This document shows positions 52,871 to 63,600 of a DNA stretch of 64,000 bases, one piece after another. The stretch covers positions 3,472,001 through 3,536,000 of the forward strand of contig OZ024750.1 in NCBI GenBank assembly GCA_964016885.1, given 5' to 3'. Below the pieces are notes generated by a model that was not told the origin of the DNA, searched no databases, and was given only the letters and a program-made list of their open reading frames with translations. The DNA is from Eledone cirrhosa (taxonomy: Eukaryota). The position numbers and the translations under genes are program-made. The first letter of the stretch is position 1; every line of letters starts with the position of its first letter.

Positions 52871-55798
52871 TCATCACCGTTTTACGTCCGTTCTTCCACG
52901 CTAGCATGGGTTAGACGGGTTGTCCTGTTGTGGGCAGTGTCTGGTCGGCTGACCATGCCTTGCTCATACAGGAACTGATCTGGCTTGATTTCTACAGCTG
53001 GATGCCCTTCCTAACACCAACCTCATTTACAGTGAGTGCTGGGTGCTTTTTCGTGGCGCCTACACGTCCACTTTACAGTGTGGGCTGGGTGCTTTTTTGC
53101 CGTGGCACCTCCACGACCACCTTGCGGTGGGGGGGGGGGGGGGGGGGCATATTGTTTATATGCTTCAGCATGTACCCATGGGAGGTCGGGTACCCTGTAT
53201 TACTGCGTGACGCCAGAAGTCACGGTCGTGTGTCATTGACTTTGAGAGGTGTAGTTGGGTAAGGTCGGCTTTTATCACCTCATCCCAAGTCATCTTGGGT
53301 CTCCCCACTCCGCGGTTTCCATCAACTTCTAGTGCTCTGCACCTTTTTATGCAGCTGTCATCCTTCATACGCATCACATGTCCATACCAGCGTAACCGCC
53401 TCTCCTGCACGCAGCATTTGATTCCTCTTATGCTCAGTCTCTCTCTCAATTCATTTATGCTTTGTCGTTCACGTATATTACTGTTACACATCCATCGGAG
53501 CATGCAGGCTTCGTTTCTCTCTAATCTACGTAAGTCTTCCACCTTCAGCGCCCAGGTCTCACTACCATGCAACATCGCTGTTCGGATACACGCATCATAC
53601 AGTCTGCCTTTCATTCTGAGGGAGAAGCCTTTTGCAGCTAGCAGTGGTAGTAGTTCCCTAAACTTCTTCCATCCCGTTCTTACCCTAGTTATTGTACTTT
53701 CTGAGCACCCACCTCCGTTGCTAATTCGGTCACCTAGGTAGCAGAAGCTGTCTACTGTTTCTACAGGGCCCTCCCAGAGATTGGTGGTACTTGTTTCCTG
53801 TGGCTGTTTGCTTGCTGTTTCAGCACAGCTGCTGCATGTGAATCCTACATTCTTAATTAAGCTTCCTGAGATCCCGCTACATCTCTTGTGTACCCATTGT
53901 TTGCATTTGGGGCAAAGAATGGAGTTCCTACCTACACCTTTCCTACATACTGAGCAAGGCCATTTCCCTGAGGGGATCTGGGTTCTGTTTTCTCGTCTAC
54001 TTATAAGGACCTTAGTCTTTGTCATGTTGACTTTGAGGCCCTTTCTCTCTAGTCCCTGCTTCCAGGTTTGGAATTTATTCTCTAGTTCTACCATAGATTC
54101 AGCTATGAGTGCGAGGTCATCAGCATACAGGAGTTCCCATGGGCATCCGGTCTTAAACTCCTCCGTTATTGCCTGCAGGACTATGATGAACAGGAGAGGG
54201 CTAAGAACAGAGCCCTGGTGGACCCCAACCTGTACGCTAAATTCCTCGCTATACTCATTGCCAATCCTAACTTTGCTGACTGCTCCCCTATACATGGCTT
54301 GTACCGCTTTCACAAGCCATTCATCTACTCCTAGTTTTCTAAGAGCCCACCAGATTACTGCACGTGGAACTCTGTCAAAGGCTTTCTCAAGGTCGACAAA
54401 TGCCAAGTAGAGTGGCTTACTTTTAGCTAGGTACTTTTCCTGTAATTGCCTCACAAGGAAGAGCGCATCAGTGGTGCCTTTCCCTGGAACAAACCCAAAT
54501 TGCATCTCGTCTATATTCACCCGGTCCCTAATCAGCTGTGCTATAACTCTTTCTGTTACTTTCATGACCTGGTCCATCAACTTTATACCTCTATAGTTTC
54601 CTCTATCTAGTGCATCGCCTTTACCTTTGTAGCAGTTGACAATGATGCTACTGCACCAATCTTTTGGTATGGCCCCCTCTAGTATTACCTGGTTAACGAT
54701 ACGTGTGGTTATAGTGTGACCTACAGACCCAGATGCCTTCAGCATCTCGGCAGCTATACCCGATGGACCGGTTGCCTTCCCTATCTTCAAATCTCTGATT
54801 GCCTTACTTACTACGCTGCCGCTGACTTGTACTGCTGGTCCCTCTATAGGGTCTACGTGGGGTAGGGTCTCTTCTTCCCATGCATTCTCCTCATTTAGTA
54901 ATCTATCATAATGACTCTTCCATGCATCTTTCTTCTCAGCACTTGTGAGGGCAAGCTCACCTTTATCATTCCGGATACACTTCTCTCCAATGACATCACA
55001 ACTATCTCTGACACACTGCCTCGCAATCTTGAATACCTCCTGTTTCTGGTCCTCACGTTGTAAAACATGCTTGAATTTTCTATCCTCTGCTTCCCTCCTA
55101 GCTAAGTATACTTGTCGCCTAGCTTCCCTCTTGGTCTCTATGTAATGTACCCTGCTCCCCCCGTTCTTCCATTCTTTCCATGCCTGTCTCTTGGCCTTGA
55201 CTGCTTCATCTACCTTATTGTTCCACCACCAAGTCACTCTCCTCCTGCTTGAGGTCTTACTCCAGCCACAAACCTCATCCGTCGCCTCTAGTAAGTTATT
55301 TTTTAGGAACTCCCAGTTCTCTTCTACGTTAAATGTCTCTATCTGTTCTTCTTTACTGTCGTAGGCGTTGAGTAAAATATCTTTAAATCTGTTACTGGTT
55401 GAGGGGACTTTCAGCTTCCAGATCTTTCTTCTCCAGGTTGGCCTCTGTTTCAGGGCTCGTCTAGTTCTGACCGTGAGGTCGCTGACAACTAAGCTATGTT
55501 GGGATGTACATTCCTCACTAGGGAAGGCTTTTGTGTTTACGACCGTCCATCTGTCACGTCCTCTGATGAGGATAAAATCTAACTGACTAGAGTGCTCCCC
55601 TGATCTATAGGTGATCAGGTGGTTGTCGGGTTTTTTAAAGTTTGTGTTACATATCGACATGTCATTGGCGTCGCAGAATTCTAGAAGTCTGAATCCTTCC
55701 TCATTCCTTGTGCCAACTCCATGGCCTCCATGTACTCTATTGAAGCCGTCGCAGTGTTTACCTACGTGTCCGTTAAAATCTCCTGCAATGATTAGGAA
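52869..55798 (-). mobile_element. RTE-clade non-LTR retrotransposon (LINE), 5'-truncated, antisense in catalase intron 1
   Basis: GC-richer block with a single long ORF and a ~300 nt 3' UTR ending GGACGTAAAACGGTGATGATGA; both ends abut (AT)n. Confidence 0.95.
53165..55798 (-). CDS. LINE ORF: partial APE endonuclease + reverse transcriptase + PHD-like finger
   Basis: The frame stays open upstream of the ORF-track start (FLIIAGDFNGHVG...). Motifs: SQLDFIL, NYRGIKL, QFGF, FVDLEKAFDRV, GVHQGSVLSP, YADD (54116-54127), FCYLG, RLRWYGHVMR. No stops or frameshifts over 877 codons. Confidence 0.95.
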   Translation of the reverse strand, partial: FLIIAGDFNGHVGKHCDGFNRVHGGHGVGTRNEEGFRLLEFCDANDMSICNTNFKKPDNHLITYRSGEHSSQLDFILIRGRDRWTVVNTKAFPSEECTSQHSLVVSDLTVRTRRALKQRPTWRRKIWKLKVPSTSNRFKDILLNAYDSKEEQIETFNVEENWEFLKNNLLEATDEVCGWSKTSSRRRVTWWWNNKVDEAVKAKRQAWKEWKNGGSRVHYIETKREARRQVYLARREAEDRKFKHVLQREDQKQEVFKIARQCVRDSCDVIGEKCIRNDKGELALTSAEKKDAWKSHYDRLLNEENAWEEETLPHVDPIEGPAVQVSGSVVSKAIRDLKIGKATGPSGIAAEMLKASGSVGHTITTRIVNQVILEGAIPKDWCSSIIVNCYKGKGDALDRGNYRGIKLMDQVMKVTERVIAQLIRDRVNIDEMQFGFVPGKGTTDALFLVRQLQEKYLAKSKPLYLAFVDLEKAFDRVPRAVIWWALRKLGVDEWLVKAVQAMYRGAVSKVRIGNEYSEEFSVQVGVHQGSVLSPLLFIIVLQAITEEFKTGCPWELLYADDLALIAESMVELENKFQTWKQGLERKGLKVNMTKTKVLISRRENRTQIPSGKWPCSVCRKGVGRNSILCPKCKQWVHKRCSGISGSLIKNVGFTCSSCAETASKQPQETSTTNLWEGPVETVDSFCYLGDRISNGGGCSESTITRVRTGWKKFRELLPLLAAKGFSLRMKGRLYDACIRTAMLHGSETWALKVEDLRRLERNEACMLRWMCNSNIRERQSINELRERLSIRGIKCCVQERRLRWYGHVMRMKDDSCIKRCRALEVDGNRGVGRPKMTWDEVIKADLTQLHLSKSMTHDRDFWRHAVIQGTRPPMGTC

Positions 55799-55829
<31 letters not shown>

Positions 55830-56197
55830 CCTGTAACTCTTTAAAATTTACAGCACATGCACACAAACACACAATGCATTTCCTATATTAGTCATGTTAC
55901 TACAATAAGGAGTTCACTTTCCAGTCACAAGGTCATGGGTTCTAACCTTACATTTTATAATAGATATTTACTTTTGATATTTTTATACCTTTTATTGAAA
56001 CCATGGTATTTATATCATGGTTTACCATAGATGAATGTTTATCAATCAGTCAGTTGTTGGTTGGTAAATTGTTGTTGATGTTCATCAACTGTCAGTGAAT
56101 TTTCCTGTAGTTGTTAATATAAAACATGATGCAGGGTCCGGCACGGCCAACTGACCTGACCCCTCCCATAACAGGACCACCCAGTTCCACACTTTAA

Positions 56198-56417
56198 CCC
56201 TTTAATGTTCAAACTGGCCAAAACCGGCCAGAATTCTCTACCTCTTTCTGTTGAAACTGGCTGTAACTGGTCACTCAAACTGATGTTAAGGTATTGTTCT
56301 CAAAATAAATACTTTCAAAATCTCATAGATTTGATATTATGTGAGATAATTATGTGAGATAAAGCATGTAACATGAAAATATAATAGTATATATAGAGTA
56401 ATGTGAATGCTAAAGGG
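56198..56417. mobile_element. piggyBac-type MITE nested in an RTE-tail repeat
   Basis: TTAA TSD at 56194 and 56418; CCCTTTA...TAAAGGG termini. Confidence 0.8.
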
Positions 56418-56809
56418 TTAAACGTGATTGGTGTTAGGAAGGACATCCAGCTGTGAAAGAAAATGCCCTAAATACAGCCCCGTTTGAGCAAGGTGCTACA
56501 TAGTCAAATGGCCAGACTTGCCCCATACACAGACAACCCATCTGACCCATGCAAGCATAGAAAATAAGAAGTTAAACTGTGATGATGATGATGAAATTAA
56601 CTAAATCAGATTTTGTATAATTACTAAGGTTTATGCATTTGCCTGAAATCAGATTGAATCCATTTTTGTTTTTTTGTTTTTTCTTCATTTCTCTAATTAA
56701 CAGAGAAAAGGCCATATGTTACATGGCAAATCTTCTGTTACAGTTTGGGGATTGGAGGGACTGATGTATATATATATATATCATCATCATATATATATAT
56801 ATGTATGCA

Positions 56810-56898
56810 AAAGGTAAACAGAAATAACAACACAATCGGTACAGTATATGGAAGGGATATATTAGGTTAACGCTTGATATAGCAGCAAGAGGGTCTTA
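56810..56898 (-). mobile_element. Second, truncated copy of the hammerhead element's 3' tail
   Basis: AAAGGTAAACAGAAATAACAACACAA...GGTCTTA is closely similar to 52628-52718. Confidence 0.7.
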
Positions 56899-57544
56899 TT
56901 AGCTCATGCTTTTTTACCACCAATGGAAGACTAAGAAAGAAATTAAAAACATGATCATACTAACATATTTAGAGTCAGTAGAAAATCAGTATAGTAAAAA
57001 CCAAAACACAAGTATATTGAAACAAATTATTGGAGGGGGTTAAGCCCCGAAAGCCCCTAAGTATCGGGACACTTGCATGAGCAAGATAATAATTAATTTT
57101 TATTTAATTAAAGCTGTAAAAGAAAATCTGACTTAAATTCATTTATTAAATCAGCAGCTTATATTTTATGTATGCTGTCATATCTTTTGTTGTGTGCCAT
57201 TTCATTATCAGTTAAACTGTCACACTTGAACTCTATTCTAGATCTTGAATTTAATAGTTACATTATCTTAAGAGAATTGTGTACAATAGATATGAAGATT
57301 ATAAACAAGGAGAAGAAGATTGTAGAACACTGTTCATCTCTGTCTCAAGGACACTAGTGATATAAATACAAATTAAAATAGCGTCATGAACTTCATTCAA
57401 AGATTTAAACTGGGTCACAGAATCTTCTCGCTTCTAACTATTGTGTTCTTGGTTTTGGCTCTGATTTTACTATATTTTGCTATCATTAAATTTTTATGAA
57501 ATAATTCTGTGAACCAATAAAATAAAATATGGGTTCATCAATAT

Positions 57545-57764
57545 ATAATTGTTTCTACTTTAGGCACAAGGCCAGCAATTTGAAGAGGAGGGGAAAGTCA
57601 TTTAAATTGACTCCAGTGCATTACTGGTACTTTATTTTATCGACCCTGTAAGGATGAAAGGTAAAGCTAACCTCGGCGGGATTTAAACTCAGAACGCAAA
57701 GTGCCGTAACTAAATGGTGCGAAGCATATTGTCTGACGCTCTACCGATTCTGCCAATCCACTCC
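57545..57764 (-). mobile_element. tRNA-derived SINE, full length, long-tail form (catalase intron 1)
   Basis: Same family motifs on the minus strand. Confidence 0.9.
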
Positions 57765-58371
57765 CTATATAATGAAAGCATAACTAATCATACCAACACT
57801 ACCAAATCCTTGAACCTAGAAAATTGGGTATTCAAATTGTGAGGCTAATTGAAGCAGCATCAACACAGACCTATCACTTATGCACACCCTTAAAATCCCC
57901 ATCATCAACCTTCAAACTTCTCTTTCCAATTTACAACATGGAATTTGACCACTACACTCAGCCAGCACTACCCACTACACAGACCTCACATCACTTCAAT
58001 AAATAAAACAGAAGACCTATTTACACCATCATAACTACAGGCAGTAAATTGGTAGAGTCGTTAGAACATTAAATAGAATACATTCTGCTATTTGGTCTGG
58101 CTCTCAACAACTGCCAACATCATCTTTGCTTCTCATCTTTTCAGGGTCAATAAAAAAAGTAACAGTCAAGTACTGGGATTGATTCTTCCTCTATATCTCT
58201 TTCTCACTTTCTCTCTATCCCTCTCTCATCTTCTCTGAAAGAAGTTGGCTATCTTTAGACATAAAGAGAAGGTTTGAAATATCACTGCAACACCCCATAC
58301 TTAAATATAATCTTTAATTTAATTGAAACTGTTGCAGTAAATCTTACATGAATGTAATATTATGTTATATT

Positions 58372-58725
58372 CTCATCATCATCATCACCACCACCATCAC
58401 CATCACCGCCACCATCATCACCAACCCCATTTTCATCACCACTGCCACCATCATCATCACCACCACCACCACTATCATCCTCATCACCACCACCACAACA
58501 ACCATCATCAACACCATTATCATCACCGTCGCCACCATCATCATCACCGTCGCCACCATCATCACCAACCCCATTATCATTACCATCATCACCACTACCA
58601 CCATCATCACCACCACTATCATCCTCATTACCACCACCATCACAACAACCATCATCACCAACACCATTATCATCACCACCACCACCATCCTCGCCACCAT
58701 CCTCACCCACACCATTATCATCACC
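58372..58725. repeat. (CAT/CAC)n trinucleotide tract just upstream of catalase exon 2
   Basis: Direct inspection; similar tracts at 41765-42000 and 43425-43580. Confidence 0.95.
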
Positions 58726-58785
58726 CTCTCCTCCGTATCCAACAAACTTACAATATGGTTTCTATTAATTCCAATATGTTTCCAG

Positions 58786-58957
58786 AAAAGAGAGACCATG
58801 ACGACTGGCACCGGAGCTCCTGTTGGAAACAAAACTGCTTCTTTGACTGTCGGTGCAAGAGGTCCAGTCTTGTTACAAGACTTTGTATTTACTGATGAAA
58901 TGGCACATTTCAACAGGGAAAGAATTCCTGAAAGAGTTGTTCATGCCAAAGGAGCTG
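58786..58957 (+). CDS. CAT: Catalase coding exon 2 ([10 protein letters not shown]...[16 protein letters not shown])
   Basis: TTTCCAG acceptor, GTATGT donor, 172 nt. Contains the catalase active-site signature [15 protein letters not shown] with the catalytic His (H72 here, human H75). Confidence 0.97.
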
Positions 58958-59129
58958 GTATGTAAGATAAATGTATGATATTTCAGTTATAAGATTCCAC
59001 TTCGAAGATGTGAAGCCAACGAGAGGCAAATCTCTTCCTCCTGGACAGAATATGGCTCTATTAAAGGCTACATTTCCAAAGACTCTGGCATAACCTACGA
59101 TGATGATGATGGATGGATACCTTACTTAA

Positions 59130-59337
59130 CCCTTTAGCATTTACATTACTCAATATTTAATATTATATTTTCGTGGTAAACACTTTATCTCACATAATGT
59201 TGAATCTATGAGATTTTGATAATATTCATTTTGAGAACAATACCTTAACATTATTATGAGTGGCCAGTTACGGCCAGTTTGAACAGAAAGAGATGAAAGA
59301 ATTCTGGCCGGATATGGCTGGTTTAAAGGCTAAAGGG
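59130..59337. mobile_element. piggyBac-type MITE (catalase intron 2)
   Basis: Colinear with 11789-11989; CCCTTTAGC...GCTAAAGGG. Confidence 0.8.
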
Positions 59338-59585
59338 TTTAATCTTACACATCTGGGTATCTTATTTACTTTTTGCACTTACGAGAGTCGGAAATCCAGT
59401 GGCAACTATTTGAAACAAAAAAATATTCAAACCATGATTGCTTTGTATACTAGATTTAATATCTCTATTTAAAAAGAAAGTAAACATTTACATCTATCTT
59501 ATAATTTATCTATTTGTAAGCAATTATTTCTGAGCCAGATATATATAATATCTATATACTAGAATTGATTTGTATATTTTTGCAG

Positions 59586-59696
59586 GAGCTTTTGGTTACT
59601 TTGAAACAACTCATGATATTAGGAAATACTGTAAAGCTGCTCCATTCCAAACAGTTGGCAAAAGAACAAGGGTTGGAGTGAGGTTTTCAACTGTAG
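59586..59696 (+). CDS. CAT: Catalase coding exon 3 ([36 protein letters not shown])
   Basis: TTTGCAG acceptor, GTAAAT donor, 111 nt, phase 1-1; VRFSTV motif. Confidence 0.97.
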
Positions 59697-60364
59697 GTAA
59701 ATAAAACTAAACATATTTATTGTATTTATATTACCATGGTTACACAGAGCCTCATCCTTTCATTGTTAAGTTATAAAATATTTCAGTATTAATTTCTATT
59801 GTAAGGTTAACTTTGCCTTTCATCCTTACGGGGTCGATAAAATAAAGTACCAGTAATGTACTGGGTAATTGCTGGCCTTGTGTCAAAAGTAGAAACAAAT
59901 ATTACTTAATAAAAGACCAATAAGTTTTAAAAAGCTGGTAGAATGTGGTAGAAAAATATAAAGGGAAAATGATGACTAATAATACAAAACAAAGTAATGT
60001 GTTACTCCATATATTTCAACATGATATTTCAGGGCTATTACCCTCTTTTCAAATGTGGAGCAATAAAGTGGGATCAAACTCAGCATCTATGTATGCAAAG
60101 CAAACTTCTTAAACACTCAACCATGTCTGCACACTTAGACATCTAAATTAAAACAGTGTGACCAAACAACAGCTCAGTTTGCCATACCTGTAATAATTGA
60201 ACTACAAACTAAGAAAACACTAGATACTTTTGTAGTTCTGCTATTCAGTTTGCTGAGAGACTTGACAAACTGGGAAACTTTTGGTGCCATTAACAAGACA
60301 CAAACTGGTGATTCCTTGGTTGTCTGATACTCTACCAACTTGGCCATCTATAGCCCTGGATACC

Positions 60365-60750
60365 TTCTCTTCTTCATACACTTATTCCTAAAAGGATCGT
60401 GAAGGCAAAGTCCTCAAACACTCCTTCCAGTGGGTCCTGTCAGGAGCAACCATCTCCAACTGATCCGGCTGCATCCCTAAGCAAGACCAGACAAGCTCAT
60501 GGATATTATCCAACCATTTTACTCAGATTCTACTTTCCACTGGGTCTCCTACCAGTTGGCTTTGCCCATAAGATCTGTCCAGCGATTCTTTCCTGAGACA
60601 TTCTAACCACATGACCATAGTATCGGAGCTGTGATCTCTCAATTCAGAGAAGTAGCGACTCTACCTGGAGTGACTCTCTGATTTCCAAGCTACATATTCT
60701 ATTGAGTAATATTACTCCAAAGACCCTTTGCAGGAACCCCATTTCAACCA
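60365..60750 (-). mobile_element. Second Expander/Rex3-type RTE 3' fragment (catalase intron 3)
   Basis: Colinear with 7908-8207; a terminal stub also occurs near 29485-29513. Confidence 0.75.
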
Positions 60751-60859
60751 TGTAATCATGATCATATTTTTTCAGGATACCTCCAGAGTAAAAGATATTG
60801 CATTTAACTTCTTTCAAAATCTAAGCATATCTGACACTATATAAATTATGTATTCTTAA

Positions 60860-61003
<144 letters not shown>

Positions 61004-61257
61004 TGATTTTTAAAAACGTTACTAAGTTTTCTGAAATATTTCATAAATTTCTATGCTGCTAATTTGCTAATTTTTAATATACCTCGTTAAATAATCTGCT
61101 ATCATTGGTGGACAACAATGTATTATTCCATTATGTCTCAATCCATGACTTTTACTGAGCCTCAAAATTTGTTGCTTAAAACAAATTTGCAGATAAGTGG
61201 ACAAAAGCTTCATCATCATCATCATCATCATCACTTATATATTATACATATCATTTG

Positions 61258-61293
<36 letters not shown>

Positions 61294-61369
61294 CTAGTTT
61301 ATTTCTCAATTGATATATCCTCGTATATTGTTTACAAATATTATGTATATTTGCCTTGGATTGGCAGTA

Positions 61370-61557
61370 GCAGTGGATTGGCAGTATCGGTGGAGGGTCG
61401 GACGCCATGCTTTCCAGCATAGTTACGTCCCTTTACGATCTGAGTTCAAATCCCGCCGTGGTTCACTTTGCCTTTCATCCTTATGGGGTCGATAAAATAA
61501 AGTACCAGTAATGCACTGGGTAATTGCTGGCCTTGTGCCTAAAGTAGAAACAATTAT
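61370..61557 (+). mobile_element. tRNA-derived SINE, full length (catalase intron 4)
   Basis: Same family; the head TGGATTGGCAGTA is locally duplicated at 61357. Confidence 0.9.
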
Positions 61558-61654
61558 GTATTTATATATATGGTGGAGAAAGCAAGACTTTTAAGAACAA
61601 AATTTATTGCTTATACAGTGTTTCATCTTCCAGATACACTTGATAATTAAGAAT

Positions 61655-61709
<55 letters not shown>

Positions 61710-62445
61710 CACTCTTATAAACAAGGTGCTATAATACTTTACTACTCAGATATGCAGGCAGACGTTTGTTACAATATATATTCATACTATGAATATCATT
61801 GAATAACTTTTTTGTGTCAAACTCTCTGACATTCGACAACATTATGAGTGTGTTTCTCAATTTTGTTACTAGCACAATCTCTCTTTGATGTTCCCTTCTT
61901 TGAAGTAGGAGATTATAATTTATGAACATTGAAATAGTTAATGTTAGATTTTGCATTCCCTTCATTGATTTTTTTGCCGTACTACATGCAGATGAAAGGT
62001 TGCAAAATGAATGCATTTTAAAGTTTTGTTATATGGCTTTGATTTTTATGATTTTGAAACCTCTAAAAGATTTCCTGGAATTTAAACACAATTTTTTTTT
62101 TTTTTTACACTTTTTGTTAATTCATAACTCTGTGTAATGATTTAGCAGAAAATGTTTAAAAATGGCTTTGTTAATTCAAATGATTATAGTGCATTTATTA
62201 GTGGACAGATTATCATCATCATGGAAAAATTTACAGTAAATTGGACATTCATTTTCAATATGGTGCTATCACAGTGCTGTTTTATACTTTTGAAGAATGT
62301 CTTACTAATGTGCTTTCATATGGTACAGGATGCTAAGAGTTAATGATAAGAACTTAGTTGACACAAAAATATGCTGATTTCATCACCATCATCATTTAAT
62401 GTCCATCACTATTCGTTTTTTCTTTTTCATTTATTTAATTTTCAG

Positions 62446-62496
62446 TTTCCCAGTTTCATACACACACAGAAAAGAAATCCAAAAACACATTGTAAG
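62446..62496 (+). CDS. CAT: Catalase coding exon 5 (FPSFIHTQKRNPKTHCK)
   Basis: TTTCAG acceptor, GTAAGT donor, 51 nt, phase 0-0; conserved FPSFIHxQKRNP. Confidence 0.95.
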
Positions 62497-62961
62497 GTAA
62501 GTGTTCAATATAAGTTCATATTTATTGATTTCTCCAATTTGGAGGTGGCAAATATGCAAACAAGACTAGACTTTTGAATTACAGGTACAACTTGTTTTTC
62601 CCAGCTGAGTGAACTGGAGCAATGTGAAGTAAAGTGTCTTGTTTAAGAACACAATATGATGTCGGAAATTGGCAGAACATTGCATAGAATGCCTTGCAGT
62701 ATTTTTCTCTTCGTCTAACCCATGCTAGCATGGAAAAATGGACGATACATGATGAGAATAATATTTACTCTGGCTCTTTGTGGTCTGAGTTCAAAGACTT
62801 CTGAGGTCAACTTTCCTCTTCATCCTTTTCAAAGTTAATAAATATAACATCAGTTTGAACAGAGGCGAGAGAATACGGCTGGTTTAATTATTTTAATATT
62901 ACATTTTACACAATTTCTTATTTACTGAAATATTTTCCCCTTTTTTTTTTTTTTTCGTAAG

Positions 62962-63141
62962 GATCCAGATATGTTTTGGGATTTTATTACCCTGAGACCT
63001 GAAACAACTCATCAAGTATGTTTTCTGTTCGCTGATCGTGGGATACCAAATGGTTTTCGTTGCATGAATGGTTATGGAAGTCATACATTTAAGATGGTCA
63101 ACCAAAACAGTGATGCTGTCTACTGTAAATTTCACTTTAAG
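62962..63141 (+). CDS. CAT: Catalase coding exon 6 (DPDMFWDF...[10 protein letters not shown]...YCKFHFK); gene continues beyond the window
   Basis: Poly-T tract plus AAG acceptor, GTAAGC donor, 180 nt; conserved [19 protein letters not shown]. The next expected exon (TDQGIK-like) was not found before 64000. Confidence 0.95.
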
Positions 63142-63419
63142 GTAAGCTATGTCTTTTATATTCTTCAGTAGTTGGCCAGTATATTTGTAATGGCCTCTGA
63201 TTTTCTGAAGCAGTAATCTTCATACCACTTCCATCCAGGCCCAGTTCATACAATCAACACTACAACTCATCAAAGGTGTATATCAATTTATGCAACTATT
63301 CCTCCTCTAAATTGCAACTCTGTGGACACAGGAGGGCCAAATGATAAAGGTGTTCACTTCGCAATCATTAGGTGCCGGATTCAATCCCACAGTTTGGGCA
63401 TTTTTTAAAGCCTGGCAGA

Positions 63420-63600
63420 GCCCATACCTCTCCAGGCCTGAGTACAGCAGATTTCTTCCACAGACAAGAAGAATCGACCCCAGTACTAGACTGATACATG
63501 TTTTTATCGACCTCGAAAGGATGAAAGGCAAAGTTGACCTCAGTGGGATTTGAACTCAGAGATGAGAGAGTTGAAATACTGCAAAGCATTCTATCTGATG
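63420..63600 (-). mobile_element. SINE subfamily with an alternative 3' module; related copies at 17095-17345 (-) and 58038-58260 (+)
   Basis: Same head and central domain, but followed by GATTCTTC...GAAGAAATCTGCTGTACT. Confidence 0.55.

Noticed and set aside
53295-55586. Plus-strand ORFs overlapping the LINE
   Set aside because: Antisense shadows of the RT ORF with no independent motifs.
52628-56898. Direct repeats flanking the LINE as LTRs or a giant TSD
   Set aside because: No TG..CA ends, the repeats are not adjacent to the LINE ends, and the RT is non-LTR type.
58348-58785. In-frame Ile/Thr-rich N-terminal extension of catalase in the ORF track
   Set aside because: It is a (CAT/CAC)n microsatellite. 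A good acceptor ends at 58785 and a homologous exon 1 exists at 51615.
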